DNA from: Myxococcota bacterium
Lineage (GTDB): Bacteria; Myxococcota; XYA12-FULL-58-9; JABJBS01
NCBI GenBank assembly: GCA_036339465.1
Contig: JAYZAY010000099.1
Coordinates: 1 to 19,595 of the forward strand
Reading direction: 5' to 3'
Length of the DNA: 19,595 bases
Shown in pieces: positions 8,980 through 17,668 of the stretch. How positions within the stretch are numbered: the first letter of the stretch is position 1; each line of letters starts with the position of its first letter. The translations under genes and the position numbers were made by a program. The notes under the pieces were generated by a model. That model was not told the DNA's origin, made no database searches, and saw nothing but the letters and a program-made list of their open reading frames with translations.

Positions 8980-9007
8980 TCAATGCATAAACGTGTTGTC
9001 TTTTCCA

Positions 9008-9023
9008 TGGCATGGATAGTGCA
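9008..9023 (+). promoter_or_regulatory. Putative sigma54 (-24/-12) promoter
   Basis: TGGCATGGATAGTGCA has GG and GC separated by exactly 10 nt, close to the consensus TGGCACGNNNNTTGCW. It sits about 65 bp before the CDS. Confidence 0.65.
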
Positions 9024-9086
9024 TAACTTTAGGTTATACGTATCTGGTCATGTTCAAGTGCCTAAGTAAACTAACCGCAGGATGGT

Positions 9087-11321
9087 GTGATGTTAAGGAA
9101 AGCAGGATTATTGGGGATAGCGTTAATCACGGGAATCGTGGGCTGCAAGAACAACAACAAAGAAGAGTTCATTCAACCAGAGATTGGTGTTCGCCAAACT
9201 CAATCTGGCCTTTTGGAGGGCTTTAGCTCTTGTGAGAGTTTGGAGGCGCGTCTCAAGGCCAACTTATCTGAACACATGACGACTCAAGTTCAAATGGCTC
9301 TGGTGAATTACGGTCGCGGTGGAGTGATGGAGGATGGGGATGTGGCTGTCGCCGAGGCAAGCGCCGATTCGCCATCGGGTGAGGGTGGCTCAAATGATGC
9401 GGCCACGGCTTCAACAAAGCAAGAGGGCACTGATTTCTCTGGGACGAACAACCAAGAGGAAGGTGTTGATGAAGCCGATTTTGTGAAGACCGATGGCGAT
9501 TCAATTTTCGTGATCAATGACAACCGCCTCGAAATTTTCGCTGTGCCTGCTTTTGGTAAATTGGTGCATTATTCGAGCACGAAAATCGAAGGGCACCCAC
9601 GTCAAATGTTGAAAGATGGTAATAAGCTTGCGGTTTATTCACAGATCAACGCTTGGCAACTTCCTGAAAGCCACCCCATACGGGCTAAAATTGCAGGGCA
9701 GTTAGAGGACGTGGAAGTTCGGGATGGTGGCTTTGAGAAGGATTACATTGCTTATTGGCGCGTGCCCAATCTCACGAAAGTGACAGTCTTTGATGTTAGT
9801 GACCGCCAATATCCAACGCGTATACGCCATCTCTATATTGAAGGAGATTATAAGACTGGCCGGAAGGTGAATGGTGTGGTGCGAATGGTCTCCTATGCCA
9901 ATATGAATATCTACGATTTAAGATACTATCCTATTTTGGGAGAAGAGTATTGGGCATTCGATAGTGAGAGTCCAGAGGCCAAGCGCATTATGGCGCAAGC
10001 AGTTGCGAAGACCATCAATGAGAACAATGCGAAAATTGCGGACATGGAGCTCGATGATCTGATTCCAAGACTTTATGAATTGATGGATGATCGCTCTGTC
10101 ATCGATCATACTTACGCTGAAAATAACTGCCAGGATTTTAAAATTGCCGATGATGGTTTTGGCTGGGGTTTCACCTCGATTCTAACCCTTGATTTGCTCG
10201 GGGACACTTTTGATTTTGATGCGGACCACATACTGACAAATTACAGTGAAGTTTATGCGTCGCAGGATGTTATGATCATTGCAGAAGCATCCTTTGATTC
10301 GTGGTGGTTTTGGAACAATGAGGATGCCACCGAGAAAACAAATCTACACCGATTCGATATCTCTGAAGGCGCGACCACGGTTTATGCAGGAAGCGGGAGG
10401 GTTAAAGGACTCATTGGTGGTCAATTTGCATTATCAGAATATAATGGTTTTGTTCGAGTTGCTTCGACCACAGGCCAATGGGGACGGTGGTGGATGGATG
10501 AACGTGAAGAACCGGCCAATCATGTTTTTGTGTTGGAAGAAGCAACCTTAGAGAATGGCGCCACTGTCCTAAATCAAGTTGGTTCGGTTGAAAATATTGC
10601 TCCTGGAGAACGCATTTGGTCCTCGCGCTTTGTTCAAGACGAGGGGTATCTGGTGACTTTCCGTAATATTGATCCATTGTGGACCCTAGATTTAAGCAAT
10701 CCACGGGACCCTAAAATCAAAGGTGAGTTGGAAGTGCCCGGTGTGTCAACCTATATTCACCCATTGAGCGGGGACGAAGATGGGTTTCTTTTGACCATTG
10801 GGTTCGGTGGAGATGGTGAAGGACTGAATTGGAATACTCAGATTTCTCTCTTCGACGTGACCAATTTCTCTAATCCGCTCCTTGCAAGTGCGCTTCCGGT
10901 TGCCTTGGAAGATGGGGATGATTGGTATTACGCATACAGCGAGGCGAACTATGAACATAAGGCGTTTCAATATTGGTCTCCAAGGAAATTGTTGGCCATT
11001 CCTGTGAGCACCTATCGCCATCGCTATGACGAGGAATCCGGTCGTTACGCCTATGAATATGTGTCTCGTTTAGATCTTATCAATGTGGATGTCGAAAATG
11101 GACTCAGTAAATACGGAAGTGTTGACCATTCAGATTTCTTTAATAGAGACGCTGAGCGTTGGTGGAATTACCGGGATGTTCGAAGAAGTATCTTCATGGG
11201 TGATTATATCTACGCTATCAGTGATCGCGGTGTTACTGCCCACCATTTAGATACCCTGAAGTTAAGTGCATCTTATAAGCTTGTGGGAACCGGTCAGCGT
11301 GATTCTCACTGGGATTTCTAG
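9087..11321 (+). CDS. Beta-propeller domain lipoprotein (Beta_propel family)
   Basis: Lipobox ITGIVG|C. Family motifs: FSGTNNQEEGVDEADFVKTDG, QFALSEYNGFVRVAST, APGERIWSSRF, YLVTFRNIDPLWTLDLSNP, GELEVPGVSTYIHP, RRSIFMGDYIYAIS. The start is GTG 9087 or ATG 9090. Confidence 0.92.
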   Translation: MMLRKAGLLGIALITGIVGCKNNNKEEFIQPEIGVRQTQSGLLEGFSSCESLEARLKANLSEHMTTQVQMALVNYGRGGVMEDGDVAVAEASADSPSGEGGSNDAATASTKQEGTDFSGTNNQEEGVDEADFVKTDGDSIFVINDNRLEIFAVPAFGKLVHYSSTKIEGHPRQMLKDGNKLAVYSQINAWQLPESHPIRAKIAGQLEDVEVRDGGFEKDYIAYWRVPNLTKVTVFDVSDRQYPTRIRHLYIEGDYKTGRKVNGVVRMVSYANMNIYDLRYYPILGEEYWAFDSESPEAKRIMAQAVAKTINENNAKIADMELDDLIPRLYELMDDRSVIDHTYAENNCQDFKIADDGFGWGFTSILTLDLLGDTFDFDADHILTNYSEVYASQDVMIIAEASFDSWWFWNNEDATEKTNLHRFDISEGATTVYAGSGRVKGLIGGQFALSEYNGFVRVASTTGQWGRWWMDEREEPANHVFVLEEATLENGATVLNQVGSVENIAPGERIWSSRFVQDEGYLVTFRNIDPLWTLDLSNPRDPKIKGELEVPGVSTYIHPLSGDEDGFLLTIGFGGDGEGLNWNTQISLFDVTNFSNPLLASALPVALEDGDDWYYAYSEANYEHKAFQYWSPRKLLAIPVSTYRHRYDEESGRYAYEYVSRLDLINVDVENGLSKYGSVDHSDFFNRDAERWWNYRDVRRSIFMGDYIYAISDRGVTAHHLDTLKLSASYKLVGTGQRDSHWDF

Positions 11322-11560
11322 AAGTGGGGATGGTTTTTTCTGGCATATAGCGGCCGAGTCGGGTGTTAAAGCTTGGGAATTGATTCGACATTTTATTCTC
11401 CTCAAGAGTTTTTTTGAGCCTGGGATCTGATTTAATTCGACTCAATTTTCAAAGCTGTGATCTAAGCCGTTGGCATATTCAAGCTTCTATCATCAGAGAT
11501 CTGTGATAATAGGAAACCATGAGCCTGTACCTAGGGTAAAACCCAGAATTGGTAGTTTTA

Positions 11561-11926
11561 ATGGATGAACTGACAGAAGCGCAATTGAAGCAGTTGAAGC
11601 TGGATCTCCTCGAGCTGGAAACCGAACTCCAGGAGCTGATGGATATGAGTCGTGAAGGCGTGCAAATTGTTGAATTAGACCAGCCCATCGGACGATTAAC
11701 CCGAATGGATGCTATACAACATCAACAAATGGCGAAGGTTAATCGGGAGGGGCACGGGCGACGCTTGACCTTGGTGCGGGCGGCCATTCAGGCGCATTCC
11801 CGAGACGAATTTGGCTTTTGCAAGCGTTGTGAAGAGTCAATTGGTTTTAAGCGGCTGAAGGCACGACCTGAATCACCATTGTGTTTGCACTGTCAGTCAG
11901 CATCGGAAAAGCTACAAGCTCGATGA
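11561..11926 (+). CDS. TraR/DksA family C4 zinc-finger protein
   Basis: N-terminal coiled coil, then VELDQPIGRLTRMDA and FGFCKRCEESIGFKRLKARPESPLCLHC. ATG 11561 is my preferred start. Confidence 0.9.
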   Translation: MDELTEAQLKQLKLDLLELETELQELMDMSREGVQIVELDQPIGRLTRMDAIQHQQMAKVNREGHGRRLTLVRAAIQAHSRDEFGFCKRCEESIGFKRLKARPESPLCLHCQSASEKLQAR

Positions 11927-13689
11927 TTTAAAGATCCACGGATAGGTAACATCAGCAATTCTCCCTCCTCGGAAGGGTGCGAAGCGTAGACGCTGAATCA
12001 CTCTTTGGAGACAGGTCTCGCTTTGAGAATTGACTATGGTGGAATCTTCTATCTCTACAACCTGGACTTTTCCGGCTCCATCAATCACAAATGTCGTAAT
12101 GATTTTCTCACTAAGTCCGGGGTTTCTGGGAAACTCTTTCTCGTAGCAGTATTTTGCTTGGTTGGTGATACTTTTGAGTACCCGCTGGACCACTTCTGAT
12201 TTGAGACAACCCGACGCCTTTGTCTTTCCGGTGGTGACCAATAACCAGTTTTTGCCTCGACTACCCAGTATAGAACCCAACCCGAGTGAGTTCTGAGTTT
12301 ATTTTGAGATCTCCAAAGAACCGATTCCAAAAGTTTCATGGAACTTGCCTCCCTGGGAGCCTCGTGTTCGCAATGTGGCATCGTCAGAAAGGAGAGCGGT
12401 GTTTTTCGAATTCAGAGAGCCTAGGGCATCGTTGAGTCTACGACTAAGGCCTCATTGCCGAAAGCGCTCGCGTCATCTAAATGAGCTCCCCCTAAAACAT
12501 TGAATATATCCGGTTTTTTAGCAGCTTCTAAGTCCCCTGAGCGATTATGTTCGTCCACGTTGGGGGTGGAAGCTGATTGAGATTCTATTGTTCTAATTTT
12601 TTCCTTATTGGTGGTGGATTTATGGGTGGTCGCACCGGTTGGTGCGGATGATTTACGTAAGTCGATTGTAAAACTATTTTTCGGTTTTGGTCCTATGTTT
12701 GCGGGTTTGATGATGATTTGGGGAAATCGGTCTGTGTTCAAAAACTGTGTGCTTTCCTGGGATTTTGAGGCTAACGGTGTCAATAAGAGAGCGATCAGGA
12801 AAAATAAATGCCCTATAAATGAAAGTGACATTACCTTGATGAAGTAGTCGTCGCGGCTTTTTAGAAGACTGGTTCGGATAATTCTCGCTGGTGCGACGTA
12901 TTGAATGATAAACGTGATATCATTCCACCCCACACAGATACGGTCATGGAGGTCCATGTGGATGGATAAATGGCCATTAGAAGGCCTTACGTGATCACTG
13001 TGTTTGTGACGGTACCAGCAAAGGTCGCCACCTTCGAGGGCCGAGTCCTGAATAGCGATTTTCATTGAACTGCGGATGTTTAGGACAAAGGTTTCTTCTG
13101 ATTTGGATAAAAGACAGAATCGATTACTTTCGGTAGGGGTTGGGGCTCGGAAATCGTTTTTAATGCTTGTTCCTACAAAAACATCTTTGGGGGATTTAAA
13201 ATGGCTCACGCTTACTAAATCCCCCCTCCATAACATGGCGACCTCAAGGACGTTTTTTGCTGGTGTAGGCGTATCAACCAGAGAGATTTTTTCGGTAAAC
13301 AATTTTTGGCTTAGTCTATATGTAAATCGTTCATCATTAACGGATGCAGCGAACCATTGATTCTCTTGCTGAAAAACAGGAGGGAGTGACGGGAGCTGTG
13401 GGGCTTTACCTACATTGGTCGACATATCAGCGAACCAATCCATCTCGTCTAGCTGAGAGGATAGGGCGAGCTCATTCATGTGTTGGTCGATGCTATCGTC
13501 GAATTCCTCACAGCTTATATTTGAGAAGTCGCCGTTTTCTGGAGTCACGCAGAGTTTTCGCAGGATAGAAGCCGTGGTTGGATCCAGCCTCAATGTTGAA
13601 TCAGTGTTTGAATCAATGCTGTGGTGATGGCGTTTCATCTTTTTCCCCTTTAAATACCTGATAGGAAATCGCTGCATAAATCGTTCCAC
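11912..13689 (-). pseudogene. Disrupted GltG/AgmX(PglI)-like gliding-motility membrane protein with a TonB-like C-terminal domain
   Basis: The 5' piece (13689-12421) has VLEVAMLWRGDLVSVSHF and a TM helix (FIKVMSLSFIGHLFFLIALLL). After a frameshift near 12440 the sequence continues LNDALGSL...RTRGSQGG...FGIGSL, hits TAA at 12301-12299, then runs in frame into the 12280-11912 ORF. That ORF carries KYCYEKE..RNPGL..K...FVIDGAGKV...ETCL...VTYPWIF, the AgmX/PglI C-terminal domain. Confidence 0.75.
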
Positions 13690-13805
13690 TTTTGTTTGCG
13701 CCGGATGGGTCTGATTCGGTGACAGCTCTCACAGGAGGGACGTTTTCATGGGTTGATTGTCAAAATACGATGAATAAGTGTTGGCAATTTGACACTTTTT
13801 TGAGG

Positions 13806-13828
13806 TTCTTAGGGCATTTCTTAGGGCA
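13806..13828. repeat. Direct repeat TTCTTAGGGCA x2 (12-bp period) upstream of the GltG-like gene
   Basis: Read directly from the sequence: copies at 13806-13816 and 13818-13828. Confidence 0.6.
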
Positions 13829-14506
13829 CGCTGAATGGTTCTATATGCGGGTGTGGTTTCCTGTATGTTGTCGGGAAATCCAAGAGATATGTCCGTAATA
13901 TGACACGGTGAATCGGTGAGTGTCGATTTGTGTTGATGCCGTTTGGGATTGGTGAGGTTTCCGTGACCGACCTCACAAAAACCATTGAAATCATTTTCAC
14001 ACAAAAGCCTCTGGATTTGGCCACTTTTGGGAGCTCGCGTGGTTGGGTTTGAAAAAACAGGAAATACTTTTGTTAGAATTAAGACGTGTCATAATGAACA
14101 GGGTGAAATCGAGTTGTTTTTGGAACTGATATGATTTCGAGCCGAGAAATGGGTGATTTTACTCGGTGCCCTGAGGGTCTCTAAGTTTTTAGCCAACATT
14201 CCGGTGGTCAAGACGATGACCACGGGTTTCGTATGGGGAGCTGCGTGGGCAATGACCAACGTTTGCAGAGCTGAGGCACGCGCCAAGGGGAATGCTTCTC
14301 TGCAAGTGATTTTCGTATTCAGTTATCTACTGTGTTTGCTTTTGTAGCAGTGGGGCGACTGGCACCCAGTATAAGTGTGAGTTTGTGTGGAGTCATCGGT
14401 GGTGGATACAATTTTGAAATCAATGGGTCTGGATAAAAGAGTGTGCCGCAGCTTGTTTATCCTGGTAAGATGGGCATGATACAAAAAAAATTACTTTAGG
14501 ATCGGG

Positions 14507-14908
14507 ATGATGGCACTTGTTCTTGCTGGGTTGGTTTTTAGCATCGTCTTTCTCCTTTTCGTGGCATTTCCCAACCGCTTGGAAGCGCTGGTTAGGCAAG
14601 CTGTGAAAACAAAAGACCTGCAGCCCTTAAGAGATGAGCTCGCAGCGAAACCCAAAGATGTCAGACCCAATTGGTTTAATCGAGCCGCGAAAAGTTTATG
14701 GCTGGGTTACGAACGCGACATGGCAGCGGAGCTTGTTTTATGGTTCGCAGAAGCCAACCCTGAAGTGCCCATTGGGCAGTATTGGATTCAGCAGGTTTTA
14801 ACGGTTGAACCTTTGATTGCTCAGGCGAAATTTAGTGAGGAATTTCTACAGACCTATTTTAATCCAGAGGTCGCCGCCCATTGTGGGCCGGCAGGCTGAA
14901 GTAGTTGA
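14507..14908 (+). CDS. Membrane-anchored hypothetical protein, candidate selenoprotein (TGA 14897-14899 as Sec; C-terminus HCGPAG-U-SS*); ends at 14899 if not recoded
   Basis: N-terminal TM helix (LVLAGLVFSIVFLLFVAF) followed by a helical soluble domain. The terminal TGA lies five codons after a Cys and is followed by a SECIS-like hairpin. Confidence 0.6.
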
Positions 14909-14928
14909 TTGCTGTCGGTCGACAGCGA
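14897..14928 (+). promoter_or_regulatory. Putative bacterial SECIS element
   Basis: TGA, an 11-nt spacer (AGTAGTTGATT), then stem GCTGTC / loop GGTC / GACAGC (14911-14926). The stem extends by T-G and T-A pairs. The layout resembles the E. coli fdhF SECIS (11-nt spacer, apical GGUC). Confidence 0.55.
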
Positions 14929-14933
14929 GAGCC

Positions 14934-15272
14934 CTAGAGTTTTTTCCGAGCCATCGCCAACCACGCGCCCGTGGCCAAAAGAAGGCCTAAGGACTCTCTG
15001 GCGAGTTCGATTTCGGGCACGCTTTCTAGCATGGGGCCACCTAGGCCTCGATATTGAGCAGGCCAGAGATACACCGATCCCAATAGACTGAATGCCGCAC
15101 CGAGCTTTGCGATGGGTTGGATATATTGCCCACGCCAAGTTGCGATGGCGCCGAAACCAACCGAGCCGTAGGCCAATGCCCATTGGAGGAAATCGTGGTC
15201 GTTAAATTGAAGGGCCGCAAAGCCAAAAAAGAAAGCTGCGACCAGCAACCATAAATGTCTCAGAATAGTCAT
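14934..15272 (-). CDS. Transmembrane 220 (TMEM220) family protein
   Basis: Four hydrophobic segments, with motifs FAALQFND.D...W...Y and EIELARESLGLLL. Confidence 0.85.
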   Translation of the reverse strand: MTILRHLWLLVAAFFFGFAALQFNDHDFLQWALAYGSVGFGAIATWRGQYIQPIAKLGAAFSLLGSVYLWPAQYRGLGGPMLESVPEIELARESLGLLLATGAWLAMARKKL

Positions 15273-15462
15273 GGGAATCTATACCCGATGGGTATTTTTT
15301 TGCACTTGAATAATGAATTTAGAACGGAAAAAGCAGTTGGCAATCTTAGGTTTACGAGTCGGGAAAATTCCGCTACTCATCGCCTGCTGTGGTATTAGCG
15401 GAATGTCGTAAGGGGCGTACGCACACATAACCCAAGTGCCACGAGACACTGGAGACCAGAAG

Positions 15463-16494
15463 ATGATTGATTTACGTTCCGATACTATCACCAAACCAAC
15501 CCCTGAGATGCGTCAGGCCATTGCCACTGCGGAGGTGGGCGATGATGTTTTTGGAGATGACCCAAGCGTTTGTAGCCTGGAGGAACGGGTGGCTGACCTT
15601 TTTGGAAAGGAGGCGGCGCTATTTGTACCGACTGGGACCATGGGAAATCAACTTTGTATCCGTGCTCATACGCAGCCTGGGGACGAAATCATCGCTGCCG
15701 ATAATGCTCATATTTTTCTTTATGAAGGGGGAGCTTTTGCAGCTCTCTCGGGCGTTTCCTTGAATGCGGTGCGAAGTGTGGATGGTCTGTTGAGACCAGC
15801 TGATGTTGAAGCTGCGATCCGACCCACAGAGAGTTTAAGCCATTGTCCTCTGACCCGGTTGATCTGCGTGGAGAATACGGCCAACCGAGGTGGTGGTAAA
15901 GTTTATTCGATGGCAGCCACCCAAGACCTAGCAGACATTGGACGAAAGCACCTGTTGAAAATGCATTTGGATGGCGCGCGTATCTTTAATGCCTCTGTGG
16001 CTTTGGATGTTCCGGTTAAGGAAATCGCGTCCTATTTTGATTCACTAACATTTTGTTTGAGCAAAGGCTTGGGTTGCCCTGCCGGTAGCTTGATTGTGGG
16101 AACCCGGGCTTTTATCGATCGGTGTCATCGTTTTCGCAAAATGTTTGGTGGAGGAATGCGCCAAGTGGGTATTTTGGCTGCCGCGGGAACCTATGCATTG
16201 GATCATCATGTGAATCGATTGGCCGATGACCACTTGCGAGCAAAGGCACTTGGCGAGGCGCTCAGTTCTATGGACGGTATCAACGTTGATCTCAGTACCG
16301 TGGAAACCAATATGGTTTACGTGGATGTTGAAGGGATAGGGAAAAACGCCTCTGAGATGGTTGCGCTTTTGGCAAAACGCAACGTGGCGGTCACCAGTGT
16401 CGATGGATGTACCCTGAGGGCGGTTACACATTTAGAGATCGATGATGAGGCGATTCATAAGACCATTGAGGCTTTTCAAAGTATTGTTGCTTAA
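15463..16494 (+). CDS. ltaE: Low-specificity L-threonine aldolase
   Basis: Motifs: MIDLRSDTITKPT, VGDDVFGDDP, ALFVPTGTMGNQL, HIFLYEGG, ENT.NRGGG, HLDGARIFNA, CLSKGLG (PLP lysine), RKMFGGGMRQVG. A GGAG SD precedes ATG 15463. Confidence 0.96.
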   Translation: MIDLRSDTITKPTPEMRQAIATAEVGDDVFGDDPSVCSLEERVADLFGKEAALFVPTGTMGNQLCIRAHTQPGDEIIAADNAHIFLYEGGAFAALSGVSLNAVRSVDGLLRPADVEAAIRPTESLSHCPLTRLICVENTANRGGGKVYSMAATQDLADIGRKHLLKMHLDGARIFNASVALDVPVKEIASYFDSLTFCLSKGLGCPAGSLIVGTRAFIDRCHRFRKMFGGGMRQVGILAAAGTYALDHHVNRLADDHLRAKALGEALSSMDGINVDLSTVETNMVYVDVEGIGKNASEMVALLAKRNVAVTSVDGCTLRAVTHLEIDDEAIHKTIEAFQSIVA

Positions 16495-16566
16495 GCAATC
16501 CGATTCTAAGTTTGCGCCCAGCACAGCAATGAAGCGGGTCAATGGAGCTCCATAAAAACGAACGCC

Positions 16567-17403
16567 TTAGTCAGAGGAGATAAGACTCCAGTTCGCCGCG
16601 GCTACCGCATCTAGATCAAAGCCCCCAGTGGTTTCACCATACCCATGGAAATTGCGTCCACTGTCTCGAATACGGATAAATCGTGCGGCCGGAAGTCCAA
16701 TGGCTGCGAGGTCAAAGGTGTCTCCACCGGCGTCTTTTGCTGAAGTGGGGTCAATAGGTTGGTCGCTGTTGGCATGAACGTAGCTTACACCAGCGCAACC
16801 GGGGAACAGATTGGGAAGATCTTCGGCGTCGCAAGGCCATTCGTGCCAAGTTTCACCATCCATACTGGCGGCCACCGCTGCGGTCTCGAACCAACCCAGG
16901 AAGGGGTTTTCGAAGACCAATAAGTCTGGTCCGGGCCCATCGGTGATCTCAAGATCGGTCATTTCCAAAATGATCGTGCCACCTTGACCTAGGGACAGCA
17001 CGTTCAGGGAGCCAGAAGTTGCCCCGCGACCTTCTGGTGAACCGAGGACTATCTCGGGGTATCCATTTTGCCCGAAACCAGCATGCGGGCCCGGGGAAAA
17101 GCTTACCACTCGGTCCGCGAATGGGTCAGTTCCAGTGGGCCATTCAGGTTGAAATGGCTGAGTAACGGTGTCGTCTAACAATCCATCGTTTGTGTCGGTG
17201 CTGCCGTCGTTTTCGTTGTGGAGTTGTTGAAGAGGGGTCGTCTCTGTTGTTGTGTCCCATTCTGATCCGGCACCAGATTCGATGGTCGCGTGGGGCTTTT
17301 TTGTGTTTTCAGACGCTCTTTGGCCGCAGGTTGCAAGGCTCAACAGCAAGATGAGCGGCATGGGGGCTTTCTTGGCAAGACCCTCGAAAGAGCAAGAGTT
17401 CAT
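16567..17403 (-). CDS. Cell-surface lipoprotein (LIC13355-like 'cell surface protein' family), probably cobalamin-regulated
   Basis: Lipoprotein signal ...KKAPMPLILLLSLAT|C, then a Thr-rich linker. Motifs: DPFADRVVSFSPG, VLGSP.G.G...GS..VLSLG.GG.I, DGPGPDLLVFENPF, GCAGV, AGGDTFDL..IGL...RFIRIRD, GGFDLDAV. ATG 17403 follows an AAGG that lies within a hairpin. Confidence 0.75.
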   Translation of the reverse strand: MNSCSFEGLAKKAPMPLILLLSLATCGQRASENTKKPHATIESGAGSEWDTTTETTPLQQLHNENDGSTDTNDGLLDDTVTQPFQPEWPTGTDPFADRVVSFSPGPHAGFGQNGYPEIVLGSPEGRGATSGSLNVLSLGQGGTIILEMTDLEITDGPGPDLLVFENPFLGWFETAAVAASMDGETWHEWPCDAEDLPNLFPGCAGVSYVHANSDQPIDPTSAKDAGGDTFDLAAIGLPAARFIRIRDSGRNFHGYGETTGGFDLDAVAAANWSLISSD

Positions 17404-17438
17404 TTTTCCCAACCTTTAACCCGAAGGCTTGTTTTAAA

Positions 17439-17668
17439 GAGCGCGGCAGGTTTGTCGGCTTGCAGTATTTGTCCGCTGGACATTCCCAGGATTTCCCTGT
17501 GCCATTTACACTGCTCTCACTGCTCTCACTGCTCTCACTGCTCTCACTGCTCTCACTGCTCTCACTGCTCTCACTGCTCTCACTGCTCTCACTGCTCTCG
17601 GCGGCGGGACCGGCTTGGCTTTCCACCCGCTTCCCTCTCTTGTCCAGCTTGGAGTAGCAGCGTGCCCC
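17439..17668 (-). ncRNA. Cobalamin (B12) riboswitch-like element, divergent, interrupted by a tandem repeat
   Basis: Minus-strand elements occur in canonical order: AGAGGGAA (GGGAA at 17635-17631), GCGGGTGGAAAGCC, CGGTCCCGCCGCCG, GCAGT able to pair with ACTGC (17466-17462), B12-box-like GGCACAGG-GAAAT-CCTG-GGAATG (17503-17481), and AAGCCGACAAACCTGCC (17461-17445). Confidence 0.7.
17509..17598. repeat. Perfect 9-bp tandem repeat (CACTGCTCT) x10
   Basis: Counted directly: ten identical contiguous units with no spacers. Confidence 0.97.

Noticed and set aside
14911..14926. Rho-independent terminator between convergent genes
   Set aside because: There is no U-tract on either strand, and the spacing and loop fit a SECIS better. 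A terminator role is not fully excluded.
14909..15091. In-frame ORF after the second TGA, suggesting double readthrough into a longer protein
   Set aside because: It is antisense to the well-supported TMEM220 gene, and the hairpin is too close to the second TGA for SECIS geometry. That TGA is most likely the true stop.
17509..17598. Possible CRISPR array
   Set aside because: The units are 9 bp and contiguous, with no spacers, and no cas genes are present.
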